This document shows positions 1-12,012 of a stretch of 64,000 nt of DNA, piece after piece. The stretch is from assembly GCA_963733035.1 (NCBI GenBank), contig CAVTBU010000008.1:160001-224000 (forward strand). The letters run 5' to 3'. The first letter of the stretch is position 1, and each line of letters begins with the position of its first letter. The stretch is from Pirellulales bacterium (lineage in GTDB: Bacteria; Planctomycetota; Planctomycetia; Pirellulales; PALSA-1355). The position numbers were made by a program, and so were the translations under genes. Below the pieces are notes generated by a model. That model made no database searches. It was not told the origin of the DNA and was given only the letters and a program-made list of their open reading frames with translations.

Positions 1-426
<426 letters not shown>

Positions 427-587
427 AACCCTTCCAGCTTCACCATCGTCGCCGGCCCTGGTTCCAAATCGTGCCAAATCATCCGGTCGACGGCTTCGTT
501 CATGGCGCGGCGAAAGTCCGTTGGCAGCTGTCTGTGATGACAGCGGGTCACCTGTGATGCGAATCCGTTAATCCGCGTACGCTGGTC

Positions 588-3246
588 ATGAACATTAGCC
601 CGTCTTTCCGTCCCTCCGTGTTGGCCGCCCGCGATCGCCTGGCTACCGGTCGCGAGCAGATCCGCGAGCAACATCGGGCAGGATCTCCGGGCATTCAAGT
701 ATGTGCGCGGTTGGCCGAGTTGCTCGATTCGGTCGTTCTCGAACTATACGAAAGCGCCGTCGCCGATTTGTGGCCCAAGGACTCGACGGAGATCCGCAGC
801 GAAGTGACGCTGGTCGCGCACGGCGGCTATGGTCGCCGCGATGTGGCCCCCTATTCCGACGTCGACCTGATGATCCTGCACGCGCCTGGTACCGAGGAGC
901 TGGTCGCCCCCCTGGCCAGTCGCCTGCTCCGCGACCTGTCGGACGTACGGCTCGAAGTGGGGCAAAGTTTGTGCACGCCTCAACAAGCGTGTTTGCTGGC
1001 AACCCAGGACGCCACAATCTGCACGGCCCTGATGGAATCACGACTGCTGGTCGGCGGAGAGAAGCTTTTCAAGACGTTTTTCGATCGATTTAGACGTCAA
1101 ACCCGCGCGATCGAAGCGATTGTTTCAAGCCATCGAAGATGCCCGCCGCACCGAGCGCCTGCAGTACGGCGAGACGGTCTATCTGCTCGAACCGAACATC
1201 AAGCGTTCGAGCGGCTGTCTGCGAGACCTGCAGTTGCTGCGCTGGCTGGGCTTTGCCCGCCACGGCACGACCGATCCGGCGGCTCAGCAACTTCTTGGAG
1301 CCATCACCAAGGCCGACCAAAGCGCGCTACGCGAAGCGAGCGAGTTTCTGCTCCGAGTCCGCAACGAATTGCACTTTCATGCCGGGCAGTCGAACGACGT
1401 GCTCGATCGTCATGAACAAGTCCGGTTGGCCGAGCTCTACGGTTACCAGGGCACCGAAGCCATTCTGCCGGTCGAGCGTTTCATGAGCGACTATTTCCGC
1501 CATACCAGCGCCGTCCGAGGCGTCGTCCGCGCCTCGGTCAACAATTGGCGGCCGGGGCAAGCGTGGAAACGCTTTGCTGGCCTGATTTTCAGCCATCAAG
1601 TCGAGGGGGACTACCGCGTCACGTTTCGAGACATTGTCGCCACCCGCCGCTGCCTCGAGAAACTGCAGACCGAACTATCCGAGGTTCTCAAACTGTGCGT
1701 GCTTTCGAACTTGCAAAATAAACCAATCGCCCCCGAAACCTGGGAGACCGTGCGGGCCGCCGTGCCCAAATTCCCGTCAGAAGTGACCCCGGAAGTTGCG
1801 CGGCAATTTCTCTCGCTTGTATCGCAACCTGGTCGTCTAGGAAAACTCCTTCGGAGACTGCACGAAGTCGGCGTGCTCGAAAAGATCGTGCCGGCGTTTA
1901 CCCACGCTCGTAGCTTGCTGCAGTTCAATGAGTATCACCGCTACACGGTGGACGAGCACAGTATTCTCGCGGTCGAACGGGCCACGGAGTTCGTGCATGA
2001 TCTCGGGACGCTCGGCCGCGTGTACCGCGGCATCAAGCAAAAACGCACGCTGCATTTGGCTCTCTTGATCCACGATCTGGGCAAGGGTTTCGTCGAAGAT
2101 CACAGCGAGGTTGGGCTGAAAATTGCCGAGGAAACCGCTGAACGACTCCGGCTCTCGGTACGCGAAACCGAAACGCTCAAATTCCTCGTTCACAAGCATC
2201 TCGTCATGTCGCACCTGGCTTTCTGGCGCGATAGTTCCGATCCGCAGCTCGTTTTGCGGTTTGCGGTCGAGGTCGGATCGCCCGAGGTGCTCGACATGCT
2301 GTTTGTGCTCACCGCCGCCGATTTCGCGGCCGTCGGTCCGGGCGTATGGGATAGCTGGAAGGCCGACGTACTCACCGCCCTCTACAAGCGAACCATGCGG
2401 CATTTGGCCAGCGACGCTCCGGCCACCGACACGACCGAGCGATTCGACCGCCGACGCGCCGAGGTACGCAGGCTGCTTGTGGGCGAGGCCGATGCAAAAT
2501 GGTATGCCCGGCAGATCGATGCATTGCCGCATGCTTACGCCTTTAACGCGCCGCCAGAGCAAATTGCTGCCGAGCTGCGCGACTTGCACAGCCTGACGCC
2601 CGGTGAAGCGCACACGCATGGACGCTACCTACCTGAAAGCGACACGTTGGAGTTTGTCGTCGGCACGCACGAGACGATCACCCCAGGCGTGTTCCATAAG
2701 ATCACCGGGGCGCTGGCGGCCCAGGGACTGCAGATTCTCTCGGCCGAGATCAATACGCTGGCCGACGGGTTGGTGCTGGATCGCTTCTATGCCAATGACC
2801 CGGACTACGCCGAGCAGCCGCCGCAGGAACGATTGGACGCGGCCTGCACAGCCATCGAACGTGCGCTCAAATCGCCGCACGACGCGATGCCGGTGTTTCG
2901 CAAAGTTTGGCAGAGCGCCGCCGAGCGAGACCGCGCGGCACTCAATCCACGTCCCGGCCGCGTCCTAATCGACAATAGCAGTTCCGACACCTTTACCATC
3001 ATCGACGTCTTTGCCCACGATCGAAAAGGGCTGCTGTTCACGATTGCGCGAACGCTGTTCGACCTGGAACTCTCGGTCTCGGTCGCCAAGATCGGCACGC
3101 ATCTTGACCAGGTAGTCGATGTGTTTTACGTCACCGATCGCTCAGGCACCAAAGTGACCGACGAAGGCCGCATTTCGCAAATCACCAGTCGCTTGCTGGA
3201 GGCCATCGACGAGCCCGGCCACAGCACAGTGCCGAATGAGACGTAA
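588..3246 (+). CDS. glnD: [protein-PII] uridylyltransferase, frameshifted near 1105-1115 (probable sequencing error)
   Basis: ORF 588.. carries the NTase motif GGYGRRDVAPYSDVDL. ORF 1120..3246 carries EPNIKRSSGCLRD, HRYTVDEH, HD motif LIHDLGKG and two ACT domains (DRKGLL, VVDVFYV). Inserting CG at accCGCGCGatc joins the two frames. Confidence 0.95.
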
Positions 3247-3256
3247 ACAGATGGTT

Positions 3257-4706
3257 TCACGACCCCGCGTCGAGTGCGAGCATCGAGCTGCGCCAGCGGG
3301 TCTGAAACTCGTCGAGCGGCATGCCCACGAGTTTCTCGAAACGGACCACCGGATCCAAATCGGCCGCGGCCGGGCTCAGATAGGCGTCAAAGACGGGCAA
3401 ATCGAGAACGCGCTGCTCAAACGCCAAATAGTACGCCAATCCCCAGGAATAGTAGTACGCTCGCGATATTTCGCTGCCGTCTCCGCGATGGGCACCGAGA
3501 AACGTATTGCTGCCCGCCCTCAGCAAATCGGCAAGTTCTAGCGGGTGCTCGCCGCGCAGGTCGGCCTGCAGTTTCTCAAGCGCCACCAGGTTCGGCGAAT
3601 CAATCCGCAGTGTGTCTGCCTCCAGACGTCCCGCCTCGAACGTCTGGGCCAGCCCCTCGTTCAACCAACGTGGGACGTCGTAGATGCGGTGCGGATAGAC
3701 GTATGTCTCCAGGTACGCGTGAAAAGCCTCATGCGCCAGCCGCGTGAACATGCGGCCGGTCACTTCGTTGAACTTGGCGGCGTTCGCCCGGTCGACCGCC
3801 GCGATCTTTTGCAGTACCGACCGGCGCTGGTCCACCCATTTGCGCTGCTCGGCGAGCAAGATTCGCAGCCGCTCGGCGGCGGGAATGCCGGCCGCCTTCA
3901 GGTCTTCTCCGAGTTTCTTAACGCGATCGGGGACGTCGTCCACCAGGGCGTTGAACCGCTGACGGATCTCGTGATGCTCGCGATTGACCTTCGCCAATTC
4001 CGCGTCAAAACGGTTGAGTTCGCTACCGGCGAGGATCATGTTGCGATCGGCCAGGTACACGGCCGGATTGTCGATCGAAAGCCCCAGTTCCGCGAGCGCG
4101 GAGCGGTATTGCCGGTTGCTGCCGAAAATACGAATGTGCACCCGGCCGCCATCGTGCCAGCGGGGCGGCAAGAGTTGCCGATAGGCGGTGAAGATCTGCC
4201 CCAAGCGCACAATTAACCGCCGCGTCATGACCTCATCCGCGGTGCTTTCGAGCGTAAACCACTGTCCCTGATAGTTCCACAGCACCTGGCCATCGTCGCT
4301 GGTGGCGGCGAGCGCAAGATCCTCCATTCGCCGTCCTTCGACGAGCGTGCGCCGCTTATATCGTTCCAAACGCTCGCGCAGTTCCTTCTGCTGCTCAGTG
4401 GTAATCCGATGCCAGCTTTCGATGGCCTTGCGCTGGAGTGGACGCACGACTAGACTCATCGGCTTGCCCCGCGGCCGCCGGACTTCCAAAAACTCGATAC
4501 TGGCCGGGCTCTCCGACAGAATCAGCCCTTCGTAGACTTTGCCGTCGACCAGCTTGACTCGTTCGAGCGGCCAATCGGCTTCCAGCGGCGTCGATTCGCT
4601 GACTTCCGTGTTGTCTGCCGCGCGCATCGCCCACCATATTGGAAATGCCCAACAGCGCCAGTCCGCACGCCAACAGGCTGCACGACACGCAAGCCGGACA
4701 CCGCAT
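3257..4706 (-). CDS. DUF1570-like putative zinc metallopeptidase, secreted; frameshift near 4620
   Basis: LAHEAFH (HExxH) followed by PRWLNEGLAQTFE and YYYSWGLAYYL. Signal-like MRCPACVSCSLLACGLALLG starts at 4706 in another frame and joins with +2 nt. Confidence 0.75.
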
Positions 4707-4822
4707 TGGAGACCTCGCGGCGAAACGAAGGGAATTGCCTCTTACGTTCACGATCGCGCACCAGCGACAACTTGTCAAGCTTGCGGCTTGCCTCTGCCAT
4801 GGCTCGGGCGAGATTCGCCATG

Positions 4823-4862
4823 AAAGAAGCCGGCTGGCCTCATCGGATGCGGCCAGCCGGCT
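4823..4862 (-). terminator. Rho-independent terminator of the DUF3500 gene
   Basis: AGCCGGCTGGCC/GGCCAGCCGGCT inverted repeat followed by TCTTT on the minus strand, about 30 nt after the stop. Confidence 0.6.
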
Positions 4863-4894
4863 GTGTCTCGCGGGTGACTAACTTTGTGCGCAAG

Positions 4895-5923
4895 CTAGGC
4901 GTTTAGCTTCACGCTCGGGTCGTCGGCCACGTTCACCCACACGTGCACGTGTGGCGTGCCGCGGAAGTACCAGACAAACGCCGGGCCTTCCAGCCGCCAG
5001 CAATCCCAAACTTTGTCGTTGCCAATATCGCCGTCGCTGTAGAAAGCCAGTGAGCATTTCTCCAGGCCACCCTGCGTCTTGAGGCACTGCATGACTTCCT
5101 CCCGATCGACTTGCCGATAGGGCTCGATGAGCTTTTGCAGCACCTCGGCCACGACCGATTGTTGATCGCTGGCCAGATCGCCGACGGGAATGCCCGGGTA
5201 CTTGCCGGCAGCATGAAAGCCGGAATCCTGCTCGCGCGGCAGCTTGTTGACCAATGCCTTCTCCCGCTGTTTGCCGTCGAGCATGTCGTAGACCTTGTTG
5301 GCAGCCAGAGCCTGTGGCCAGAAGACGTTGCCCGGGTGATCTGGCTTTTCGTTGAAGCCCTGCGCGGCATGCCCGTAAAAGATCGGCCCACCGAAGGCGA
5401 CGTGTTCGGCACTATTGCCGTCGCAGCGGAGCGTCATGTGGCGCCCGGTCATCACGAACTCGAAGTTTTCGCCCGGCTTGCCAAACATGGCGATGCTTTG
5501 TTCCTCGCCATAGCCGCCGGCATCGTCCTCGAGCTGCTTGTAAATCCGCTCGTGCCAGTCGGGCTGGATGATTCCCTCGAAAATGTGCTTGATCATCGCC
5601 TGCTGGTCCTTGGTGTAGAACTCGCTGGTGATGTTCGGTTCGGTAATATTCCAGTTGTTCGCGACTCGCGTACGCAGCAGCCCGCGTTCCGGCTCGGTGT
5701 AGTCCCACGCGAAGCAGACGGCGTCTTTTTGCTGAGGCGTCAGCGACTCGTAGAGCAGCTTGCTGACGGTTTCGGGCGTTCCGGCAGCCGGAACAGCGGC
5801 GGCGCGGGCCAACAGCGGCGACGCACCGACGGCCAAGGCAGCGGCGCCGGCCGACTTCAAGAATTCACGACGCGAAACGTCCGACAGCGAATCGCAATCG
5901 CGGCAAATGCGAATAAGCGACAT
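4895..5923 (-). CDS. DUF3500 domain protein with Tat signal
   Basis: SRREFLK twin-arginine signal; GRHMTLR, FGGPIFYGH, WRLEGPAFVWYFRGTPHVHVW. Confidence 0.75.
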   Translation of the reverse strand: MSLIRICRDCDSLSDVSRREFLKSAGAAALAVGASPLLARAAAVPAAGTPETVSKLLYESLTPQQKDAVCFAWDYTEPERGLLRTRVANNWNITEPNITSEFYTKDQQAMIKHIFEGIIQPDWHERIYKQLEDDAGGYGEEQSIAMFGKPGENFEFVMTGRHMTLRCDGNSAEHVAFGGPIFYGHAAQGFNEKPDHPGNVFWPQALAANKVYDMLDGKQREKALVNKLPREQDSGFHAAGKYPGIPVGDLASDQQSVVAEVLQKLIEPYRQVDREEVMQCLKTQGGLEKCSLAFYSDGDIGNDKVWDCWRLEGPAFVWYFRGTPHVHVWVNVADDPSVKLNA

Positions 5924-6070
5924 GGTGAAAAGCCTCCCTGGGTATGGGGTTGGATGCGTGGTGCGAACGCGCGTTTATTTAACCCGATGGTTCGGCCGAA
6001 TGCAAATTTCTCCCTGGACACACCAGCAATAGCGCTGTCGCGCGCGCCGAACTTGCGGCTGCATTCGGCA

Positions 6071-6920
6071 CTAACCTCCGGATTTACTTTTTGGTTGACA
6101 ACGTCGACAGAAAAACGTGGCTCGTTGGGCCTGCACCATCCGCTCGATCTTGGCCCTGCCGCAACTGGGGCACACGTCGCCAGCCCGATCGTAAACGCGA
6201 TGGTGATTTTGATAGCTGCCCGACTGGTTCAGCGCGTTGCGATAGGTGCCGTCGCCGAGGGTCGAACCTTCATACCGAATGGCTGTCTCCAGGATCTCGA
6301 TCATGGCCGCCTGAATCCGCTGCCAATCGCCCGCGCAGGCGGTCGCATCGTTTTTGGGGGTGAATGCCGGCCACGTGCAACAGTTCGCTGGCGTATAGGT
6401 TGCCGATACCGGCCACGGCTCGCTGATCGAGCAGGGCGACTTTGATCTCCCGGCGGCTCTTGTGCAGCCTCTCGCGGAGGTTGTCGGCCGAAATGGAGAG
6501 TGCGTCCGGCCCGAGTTTCTCACGACCGTAAAGCGCGTCGAATTCTATTGGCGAAACCAACCGCACGAGTCCCAGGCCGCGTCGGTCCCAGAAAAGTAGT
6601 TTGCTGCTCTTGCGGCCGGCCAGCTTTACCTCAAAACGCAAATGCTCGGTCGTCGGCGGCGCCGCCAACAGCACCAGTCCGGTCATCCGTGGTTCGAAGA
6701 CTAGCGCATCCGCGGAGTCCAACCGTACAACGACTCGCTTACCCACACGATCAACTGCGGTGATCGTCCGGCCGACGGCCTGTCGCCGCATCCTGTCGAT
6801 ACGGGGAGCGATCAGTATCGGACGCTTCGCACAAGGCGGTCGGCGGACGTCCGTCACGCGACTCCCCACGATGGGCAACACGCCACGGCGCATCGTTTCG
6901 ACTTCTGGTAGTTCCGGCAC
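6071..6920 (-). CDS. mutM: formamidopyrimidine-DNA glycosylase/AP lyase, frameshift near 6335
   Basis: [10 protein letters not shown]-terminus, H2[20 protein letters not shown]-terminal zinc finger CPSC...[10 protein letters not shown] in a second frame. Confidence 0.95.
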
Positions 6921-7116
6921 TTACCCCCCTCCGACGCTGCCGAACAAAGATTGCCAATAGATCACGCCATCAGACCGGGAGCACCAAACCCCGTCAATGA
7001 CGGACGTGGGACTTCGCAGGCCGGTCGCCGGAGATTCCCGCTTATGGTAAATTGGCTTGCTTCACGAGGCCGATTTCATTGCCGGAATACCCCGCCAACC
7101 TGGAGAGATTTGACTG

Positions 7117-7401
7117 ATGCTGTATATGAACGTGCTGCTCACGGTCAAGGACCGCGGCGACATCGAAACCGTCAAGGGACTGCTGGTGGAAGCCGGCCGG
7201 CTGTCGCGTGAGGAGCCCGGCTGTGCCCGCTTCGAGGTTTACCACTCGACCGCCGACGACGCGAAATTCCTGCTCAACGAACATTGGGAGTCGCAGGAAG
7301 CCCTCGATGGTCACCGCCAGGGGGTTCCGTACACGCAAATCTATCAACCCAAGGTGATGCCGCTGGTGGTCCGCGAAGGGCATCCCTCGAACCTTTTATA
7401 A
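7117..7401 (+). CDS. antibiotic biosynthesis monooxygenase (ABM) family protein
   Basis: 94 aa; SREEPGCARFEV, FLLNEHWESQEALDGH; GGAG RBS. Confidence 0.88.
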   Translation: MLYMNVLLTVKDRGDIETVKGLLVEAGRLSREEPGCARFEVYHSTADDAKFLLNEHWESQEALDGHRQGVPYTQIYQPKVMPLVVREGHPSNLL

Positions 7402-7559
7402 CCGAATTGCGTCCCCCGAAAGCCAAGGCAGTGGCCTGACCCGGGAAGGCATTCCAAAATCGTCCGGGCTCGTGCGACTTCCCCGCCTTGTCGCCCGCAA
7501 CCTGCCAGACGACAATTAACAGTTTCAACTCCGGCTGTTTCCACTACCCACAGAATCTC

Positions 7560-8768
7560 ATGCCGATGTCCGCCTCTTCTCACGTGCCCGACGCTGCCGG
7601 GCGTTTTGGATCGTTCGGCGGTCGCTACGTGCCCGAGACGCTGATGCGGGCCTTGGAGGAGCTGGCCGCCGAGTATGAGAAAGCTCGCGTCGATCCGGCC
7701 TTTCAGGCGGAGTTGGACGACCTGCTTCGCAATTACGTTGGCCGTCCCTCGCCGCTCTATCACGCCAAGCGACTCAGCGAGGAAGCCGGTGGGGCCCAAA
7801 TCTACCTCAAGCGCGAAGACCTGAACCACACGGGTGCCCACAAGATCAACAACACGCTCGGCCAGGCACTGCTCACCATTCGCATGGGCAAGAAGCGCGT
7901 CATTGCCGAAACCGGCGCCGGCCAGCACGGCGTGGCCACGGCCACCGCTTGTGCCCGCTTCGGGCTCGACTGCGTCGTCTACATGGGCGAGGAGGACATT
8001 CGCCGCCAGCAGCCCAACGTGTTCAGCATGAAGTTGCTGGGGGCCCAGGTGCGGCCCGTCTCAAGTGGCTCGCGGACGCTACGCGATGCGATCAACGAGG
8101 CGATGCGCGACTGGATGTCGTCGGTCGAAACGACGCACTACATTCTCGGCTCGGTCGTCGGCCCCCATCCGTTTCCGGTGATCGTGCGGGACTTCCAATC
8201 GGTGATCGGTTCCGAAACCATCGAACAATCGCGCAAACAAATCGGCCGGCTACCGGACATGGTCGTGGCCTGCGTCGGGGGTGGGAGCAACGCGGCCGGC
8301 ATGTTTTATCCCTTCGTCGAAGAACAGGGGGTCGAACTGGTAGGTATCGAAGCGGGCGGCCGCTCGGACCAGCCGGGCCAGCATGCCTCCCCGCTCTCGT
8401 ACGGCCAACCGGGTGTGCTGCACGGCAGCTATAGCTACGTGATGCAGGACGAAGACGGCCAGACGTGCGACGTCCACTCAATCTCCGCCGGCCTCGACTA
8501 TCCAGGCGTTGGTCCCGAACACAGCTATTGGAAGGAGAGTGGCCGCGTTCGCTATACCTGCTGCCGAGACGACGAGGCCTTGAAGGCGTTTGGCACGCTG
8601 GCTCGCACCGAAGGCATCTTGCCGGCCCTGGAAAGCTCGCACGCGGTCGCCAAGGCGATAGAACTGGCCAAGGGGCGTAAGAAGAACGAGGTGATCGTGG
8701 TTTGCCTGTCTGGCCGGGGCGACAAAGACGCCGCCGAAATTGCCCGCCTGACCGATGCCGCAAAATAG
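7560..8768 (+). CDS. trpB: tryptophan synthase beta chain
   Basis: [28 protein letters not shown] (PLP Lys), [28 protein letters not shown]; start could be 7566. Confidence 0.98.
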   Translation: MPMSASSHVPDAAGRFGSFGGRYVPETLMRALEELAAEYEKARVDPAFQAELDDLLRNYVGRPSPLYHAKRLSEEAGGAQIYLKREDLNHTGAHKINNTLGQALLTIRMGKKRVIAETGAGQHGVATATACARFGLDCVVYMGEEDIRRQQPNVFSMKLLGAQVRPVSSGSRTLRDAINEAMRDWMSSVETTHYILGSVVGPHPFPVIVRDFQSVIGSETIEQSRKQIGRLPDMVVACVGGGSNAAGMFYPFVEEQGVELVGIEAGGRSDQPGQHASPLSYGQPGVLHGSYSYVMQDEDGQTCDVHSISAGLDYPGVGPEHSYWKESGRVRYTCCRDDEALKAFGTLARTEGILPALESSHAVAKAIELAKGRKKNEVIVVCLSGRGDKDAAEIARLTDAAK

Positions 8769-8842
8769 GTCAGGCCTCGGCCTGACAGAAACCGCTTATC
8801 GAAACTCCCGTCGGGCCAAGGCCTGACCTACGAAGAACAAAC

Positions 8843-9646
8843 ATGTCGCAAATCGACGACCTCTTTGCCAAGCTTCGCTCCGCCGGCCAGAAGGCGTTCA
8901 TGCCGTTCGTCACGGCCGGCGATCCCGACTTGGAATTCACGGCCGCCGTGCTGAAGGAACTGGCCGCGCGGGGCAGCCATCTCTGTGAACTTGGCATTCC
9001 CTATAGCGACCCGATTGCCGATGGACCGGTGATTCAGGAATCGTATACGCGTGCCTTGAACCACAAGATCAAGCTCGCCCAAATCCTGAAGATGCTAAGC
9101 GAGGTAACGCCGAGCGTCACGGCCCCGGTCGTGACCATGGTCAGCTACGCCATCGTGCTGCGGCACGGACTGGCAAAGTATGTCGAAGATGCCAAGCGCG
9201 CTGGCGCAGCCGGTGCCATCGTGCCCGACTTGCCGGCCGACGAAGCGGACGAACTCTCGCAGCATTGTCGAAAGGCCGATTTCAGTCTGGTGCAGCTCGT
9301 CACGCCCACCACGCCCCGCGAGCGTGCCCTACGAATCGCCGAAAGCTCCAGCGGCTTTTTGTACTACGTGTCCGTGGCTGGCATCACCGGCGAACGCACC
9401 GAACTACCCCGCGACCTGATCGAAAACGTCGCCTGGCTTCGCGAGCAGACACCGCTACCGATCTGCATCGGCTTCGGCATCAGCCAGCCCGAGCACATCA
9501 AAAAATTGGCCCCGGTCGCTGACGGTCTGATCGTCGGCTCGGCCATCGTTCGCCGCATTGCTGCCGCAGGTACCAAGCCGCGTGAAGCGGTGCTGAAAGA
9601 CGTCGGCCAGTATGCTGCCACTTTGTTGGCCGCGCTAAACCCGTAA
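8843..9646 (+). CDS. trpA: tryptophan synthase alpha chain
   Basis: PFVTAGDP, ELGIPYSDPIADGPVIQ, GFGIS, ADGLIVGSA. Confidence 0.98.
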   Translation: MSQIDDLFAKLRSAGQKAFMPFVTAGDPDLEFTAAVLKELAARGSHLCELGIPYSDPIADGPVIQESYTRALNHKIKLAQILKMLSEVTPSVTAPVVTMVSYAIVLRHGLAKYVEDAKRAGAAGAIVPDLPADEADELSQHCRKADFSLVQLVTPTTPRERALRIAESSSGFLYYVSVAGITGERTELPRDLIENVAWLREQTPLPICIGFGISQPEHIKKLAPVADGLIVGSAIVRRIAAAGTKPREAVLKDVGQYAATLLAALNP

Positions 9647-9677
9647 CGATCGCACCTGCGGACTGTGCCGCGCTCGA

Positions 9678-11834
9678 TCAAACCTTCACCGAGTCATCAC
9701 GGGGCCGAGGGTCAAATACAAGTTCCACATCGTCGATGCGAACGAATGCTTCGCCCATGCTCGGCGTCGATTGAACGCCAATTCCGCTCGAAGCGCTTTG
9801 CCTGGAATTCTTCAGTTCAACGATCACCGCCACGCCAATGCCGCGGCTGGTTTCCATGGCTCCACCGTCCTGGCTTCGCAGTTTCGCCGTCACTTCGAAT
9901 CGTTCGTAGTTGGACTGCTCGCCATCCGACCATGGCGGCAAGAATTCGGCCGAGGCAAAAACGCGATGTGCCGTGTGGTTTTTTTCCAAATCGAGAAAGC
10001 CGCAGATGATCAGCCGGCAGGTGAACTGCCGCAAGAATTCCTCACGGTAGAACGTTTCGCCGGATCCACCTCCGGCCGCATGAACCGAGAACGTGAATCG
10101 GCCCGCGCGGGGATTGCGCACTTCTTGCGAGAGCATCGCCCGTAATCCACCGCCGTTCGGCAAACCAGCGATATTTCCCTCGAATCGGATCACGGCGTGA
10201 TGCTCTCCGCCACGCGAGTGGGCGCTATCCTTTCCGATCGACACGCTCAGGCTGGCGTCGGCCGCGTCCCCCAAGGGTGAGGCTTGCCACGATTTGGCAC
10301 GGGTACGCGTGCCATGTGGCAGCAGCGGCGTGCCGCTTTCAAAACCTGTGTCGCGAACCTGCCGTTCGTCGTACGGTGGAACGAGCAGCTCATCGCCGCC
10401 AGCGGCGCTTCGGGCTAGTGTCGCAGGCCGGGTGCCAAGCAACTTCCAGAGCGGCTCGGCATGTGTGACGGGGAGTGGGCGTCCCGTACGGTCGGGAAAT
10501 GTTGCCTGGTGCGAAATGCCCAGCAAGTGGAAGATCGTGGCGGTTAGCTCCTGCGGCTCAACGCGCTGCGAAGCCGGGTGACCGCCCGTCTTGTCGCTCG
10601 ATCCATACACCTGTCCGCCCGCGATGCCGGCACCGGCCAAGGCAAAGCTGAACACGTGCCCCCAGTGATCGCGTCCGCCGAACTGGTTTATCTTGGGAGT
10701 GCGGCCAAACTCAGCCACCGCTACAACCAATGTTTCGTCAAGCAATCCCCGCTCGTGGAGATCCTCGATCAAGGCCGAATAGGCGACGTCGAACATCGGG
10801 CAGAGCGCATCCTGCAAGCGATCGGCGTTCTGCGCGTGCGTGTCCCACATCGGATTGTCCACGGCCGTGTCGCCCGGCTCGCGCGGCCAGCCGACATGGA
10901 CCAGTCGCACCCCGGCCTCGATGAGCCGCCGCGCCAGCAGCACGCACTGTCCAAACCGGTTCTTTCCATAGCGCTCGCGGACGCGGTCGGGTTCGTCGCG
11001 CACGCGGAACGCATCGCGGGCTCCGCCGGACGTGAGCAGTCCGAATGCGGCTTGGCGAATGTCGTCGAAGTTTTGCACGGCGACAGCGCGCTCGGCACGA
11101 TCGAGGTGCCGACCGACTTGTTCGAACAGCGACACGCGGCTCTCGAGCCGTAGCGGTGACATGCCATCGGGTAGCGATAGCCCTTCGATCTTGTAGTTCG
11201 CGTCCGACGGATCGCCGACGAATCGGTCAGGATCCCACTGCGAACCCAGGAAACCGCCAGTCTGCCCGGCCGGCCGCACGTTGTCGTTCAGCCGCATGAT
11301 ATCTGGAATCCACACGCTCGACAGCGCCGGCACGCGCTCGCTGGGCTTGAGCATCTTGACCACCGAACCAAAATACGGCCAATCGGTCGGCTTGATCTCG
11401 CGAGCGGTCGCGCCCGGGTACTTGTTTCCAGTCAGCACCCAATAGCCGCTAGTACTGTGCGTGTTGTCGTCGGTCGACATCGAGCGGACGACGGCGAGCT
11501 TGTCCGCCACGCGGGCGATGCGGGGCAACAATTCGCAGAAATGGATGCCGGGCACATTGGTCGAAATCGGCCGAAACGGACCCCGGATCTCCACCGGCGC
11601 ATCCGGCTTGGGATCAAAAGTCTCGTGCTGAGGTGGGCCGCCTTGCAGCCACAAATAAATCACGTTCTTGGCCCGGCCGAACGTCGGGTCGCCCGACACG
11701 GTGGCGCCCTGGGCCTGGGCTCGCAAGAGTGTCGGCAGCGAGAGCCCCAGCAGATTGAGTCCCCCGATTCGCATCAACTCGCGGCGCGTGATCCGATCGC
11801 ACAGGCTGTACGGACGGTCGTCGAGCGAGAACAT
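9678..11834 (-). CDS. DUF1501 protein with an extra C-terminal beta-sandwich (CBM-like) domain
   Basis: LCDRITRRELM, WLQGGPPQHETFDPKPDAP, LLARRLIEAGVR, WDTH, EFGRTP, GRDHW; about 240 aa extension after the DUF1501 core. Confidence 0.85.
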   Translation of the reverse strand: MFSLDDRPYSLCDRITRRELMRIGGLNLLGLSLPTLLRAQAQGATVSGDPTFGRAKNVIYLWLQGGPPQHETFDPKPDAPVEIRGPFRPISTNVPGIHFCELLPRIARVADKLAVVRSMSTDDNTHSTSGYWVLTGNKYPGATAREIKPTDWPYFGSVVKMLKPSERVPALSSVWIPDIMRLNDNVRPAGQTGGFLGSQWDPDRFVGDPSDANYKIEGLSLPDGMSPLRLESRVSLFEQVGRHLDRAERAVAVQNFDDIRQAAFGLLTSGGARDAFRVRDEPDRVRERYGKNRFGQCVLLARRLIEAGVRLVHVGWPREPGDTAVDNPMWDTHAQNADRLQDALCPMFDVAYSALIEDLHERGLLDETLVVAVAEFGRTPKINQFGGRDHWGHVFSFALAGAGIAGGQVYGSSDKTGGHPASQRVEPQELTATIFHLLGISHQATFPDRTGRPLPVTHAEPLWKLLGTRPATLARSAAGGDELLVPPYDERQVRDTGFESGTPLLPHGTRTRAKSWQASPLGDAADASLSVSIGKDSAHSRGGEHHAVIRFEGNIAGLPNGGGLRAMLSQEVRNPRAGRFTFSVHAAGGGSGETFYREEFLRQFTCRLIICGFLDLEKNHTAHRVFASAEFLPPWSDGEQSNYERFEVTAKLRSQDGGAMETSRGIGVAVIVELKNSRQSASSGIGVQSTPSMGEAFVRIDDVELVFDPRPRDDSVKV

Positions 11835-11921
11835 CGGGCATCTCCGCGGGGCAGGGGGGCGGGCCAGATGGGGGCCAGTATAGCAGGATGGCCGCCCAAT
11901 TTTCGAAAAATTGCACTGAAC

Positions 11922-11950
11922 TTGACCCACCAGCGCGCGCCGATTTTAAT
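11922..11950 (+). promoter_or_regulatory. sigma70-like promoter
   Basis: TTGACC-N17-TTTAAT upstream of the 12013 gene. Confidence 0.5.
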
Positions 11951-12012
11951 TCAAGTAGAGGCGGACAATTGCCGTACTGACCCGTTCGATGTCGGAATGG
12001 AAGAGGTGGTCA

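Noticed and set aside
460..478. TGGCACG on the minus strand between glnB and glnD (also near 39710)
   Set aside because: No GC at the -12 position; the one at 460-478 also faces away from glnD
7402..7559. Possible trp attenuator upstream of trpB
   Set aside because: No Trp-rich leader peptide or terminator hairpin with a U tract found
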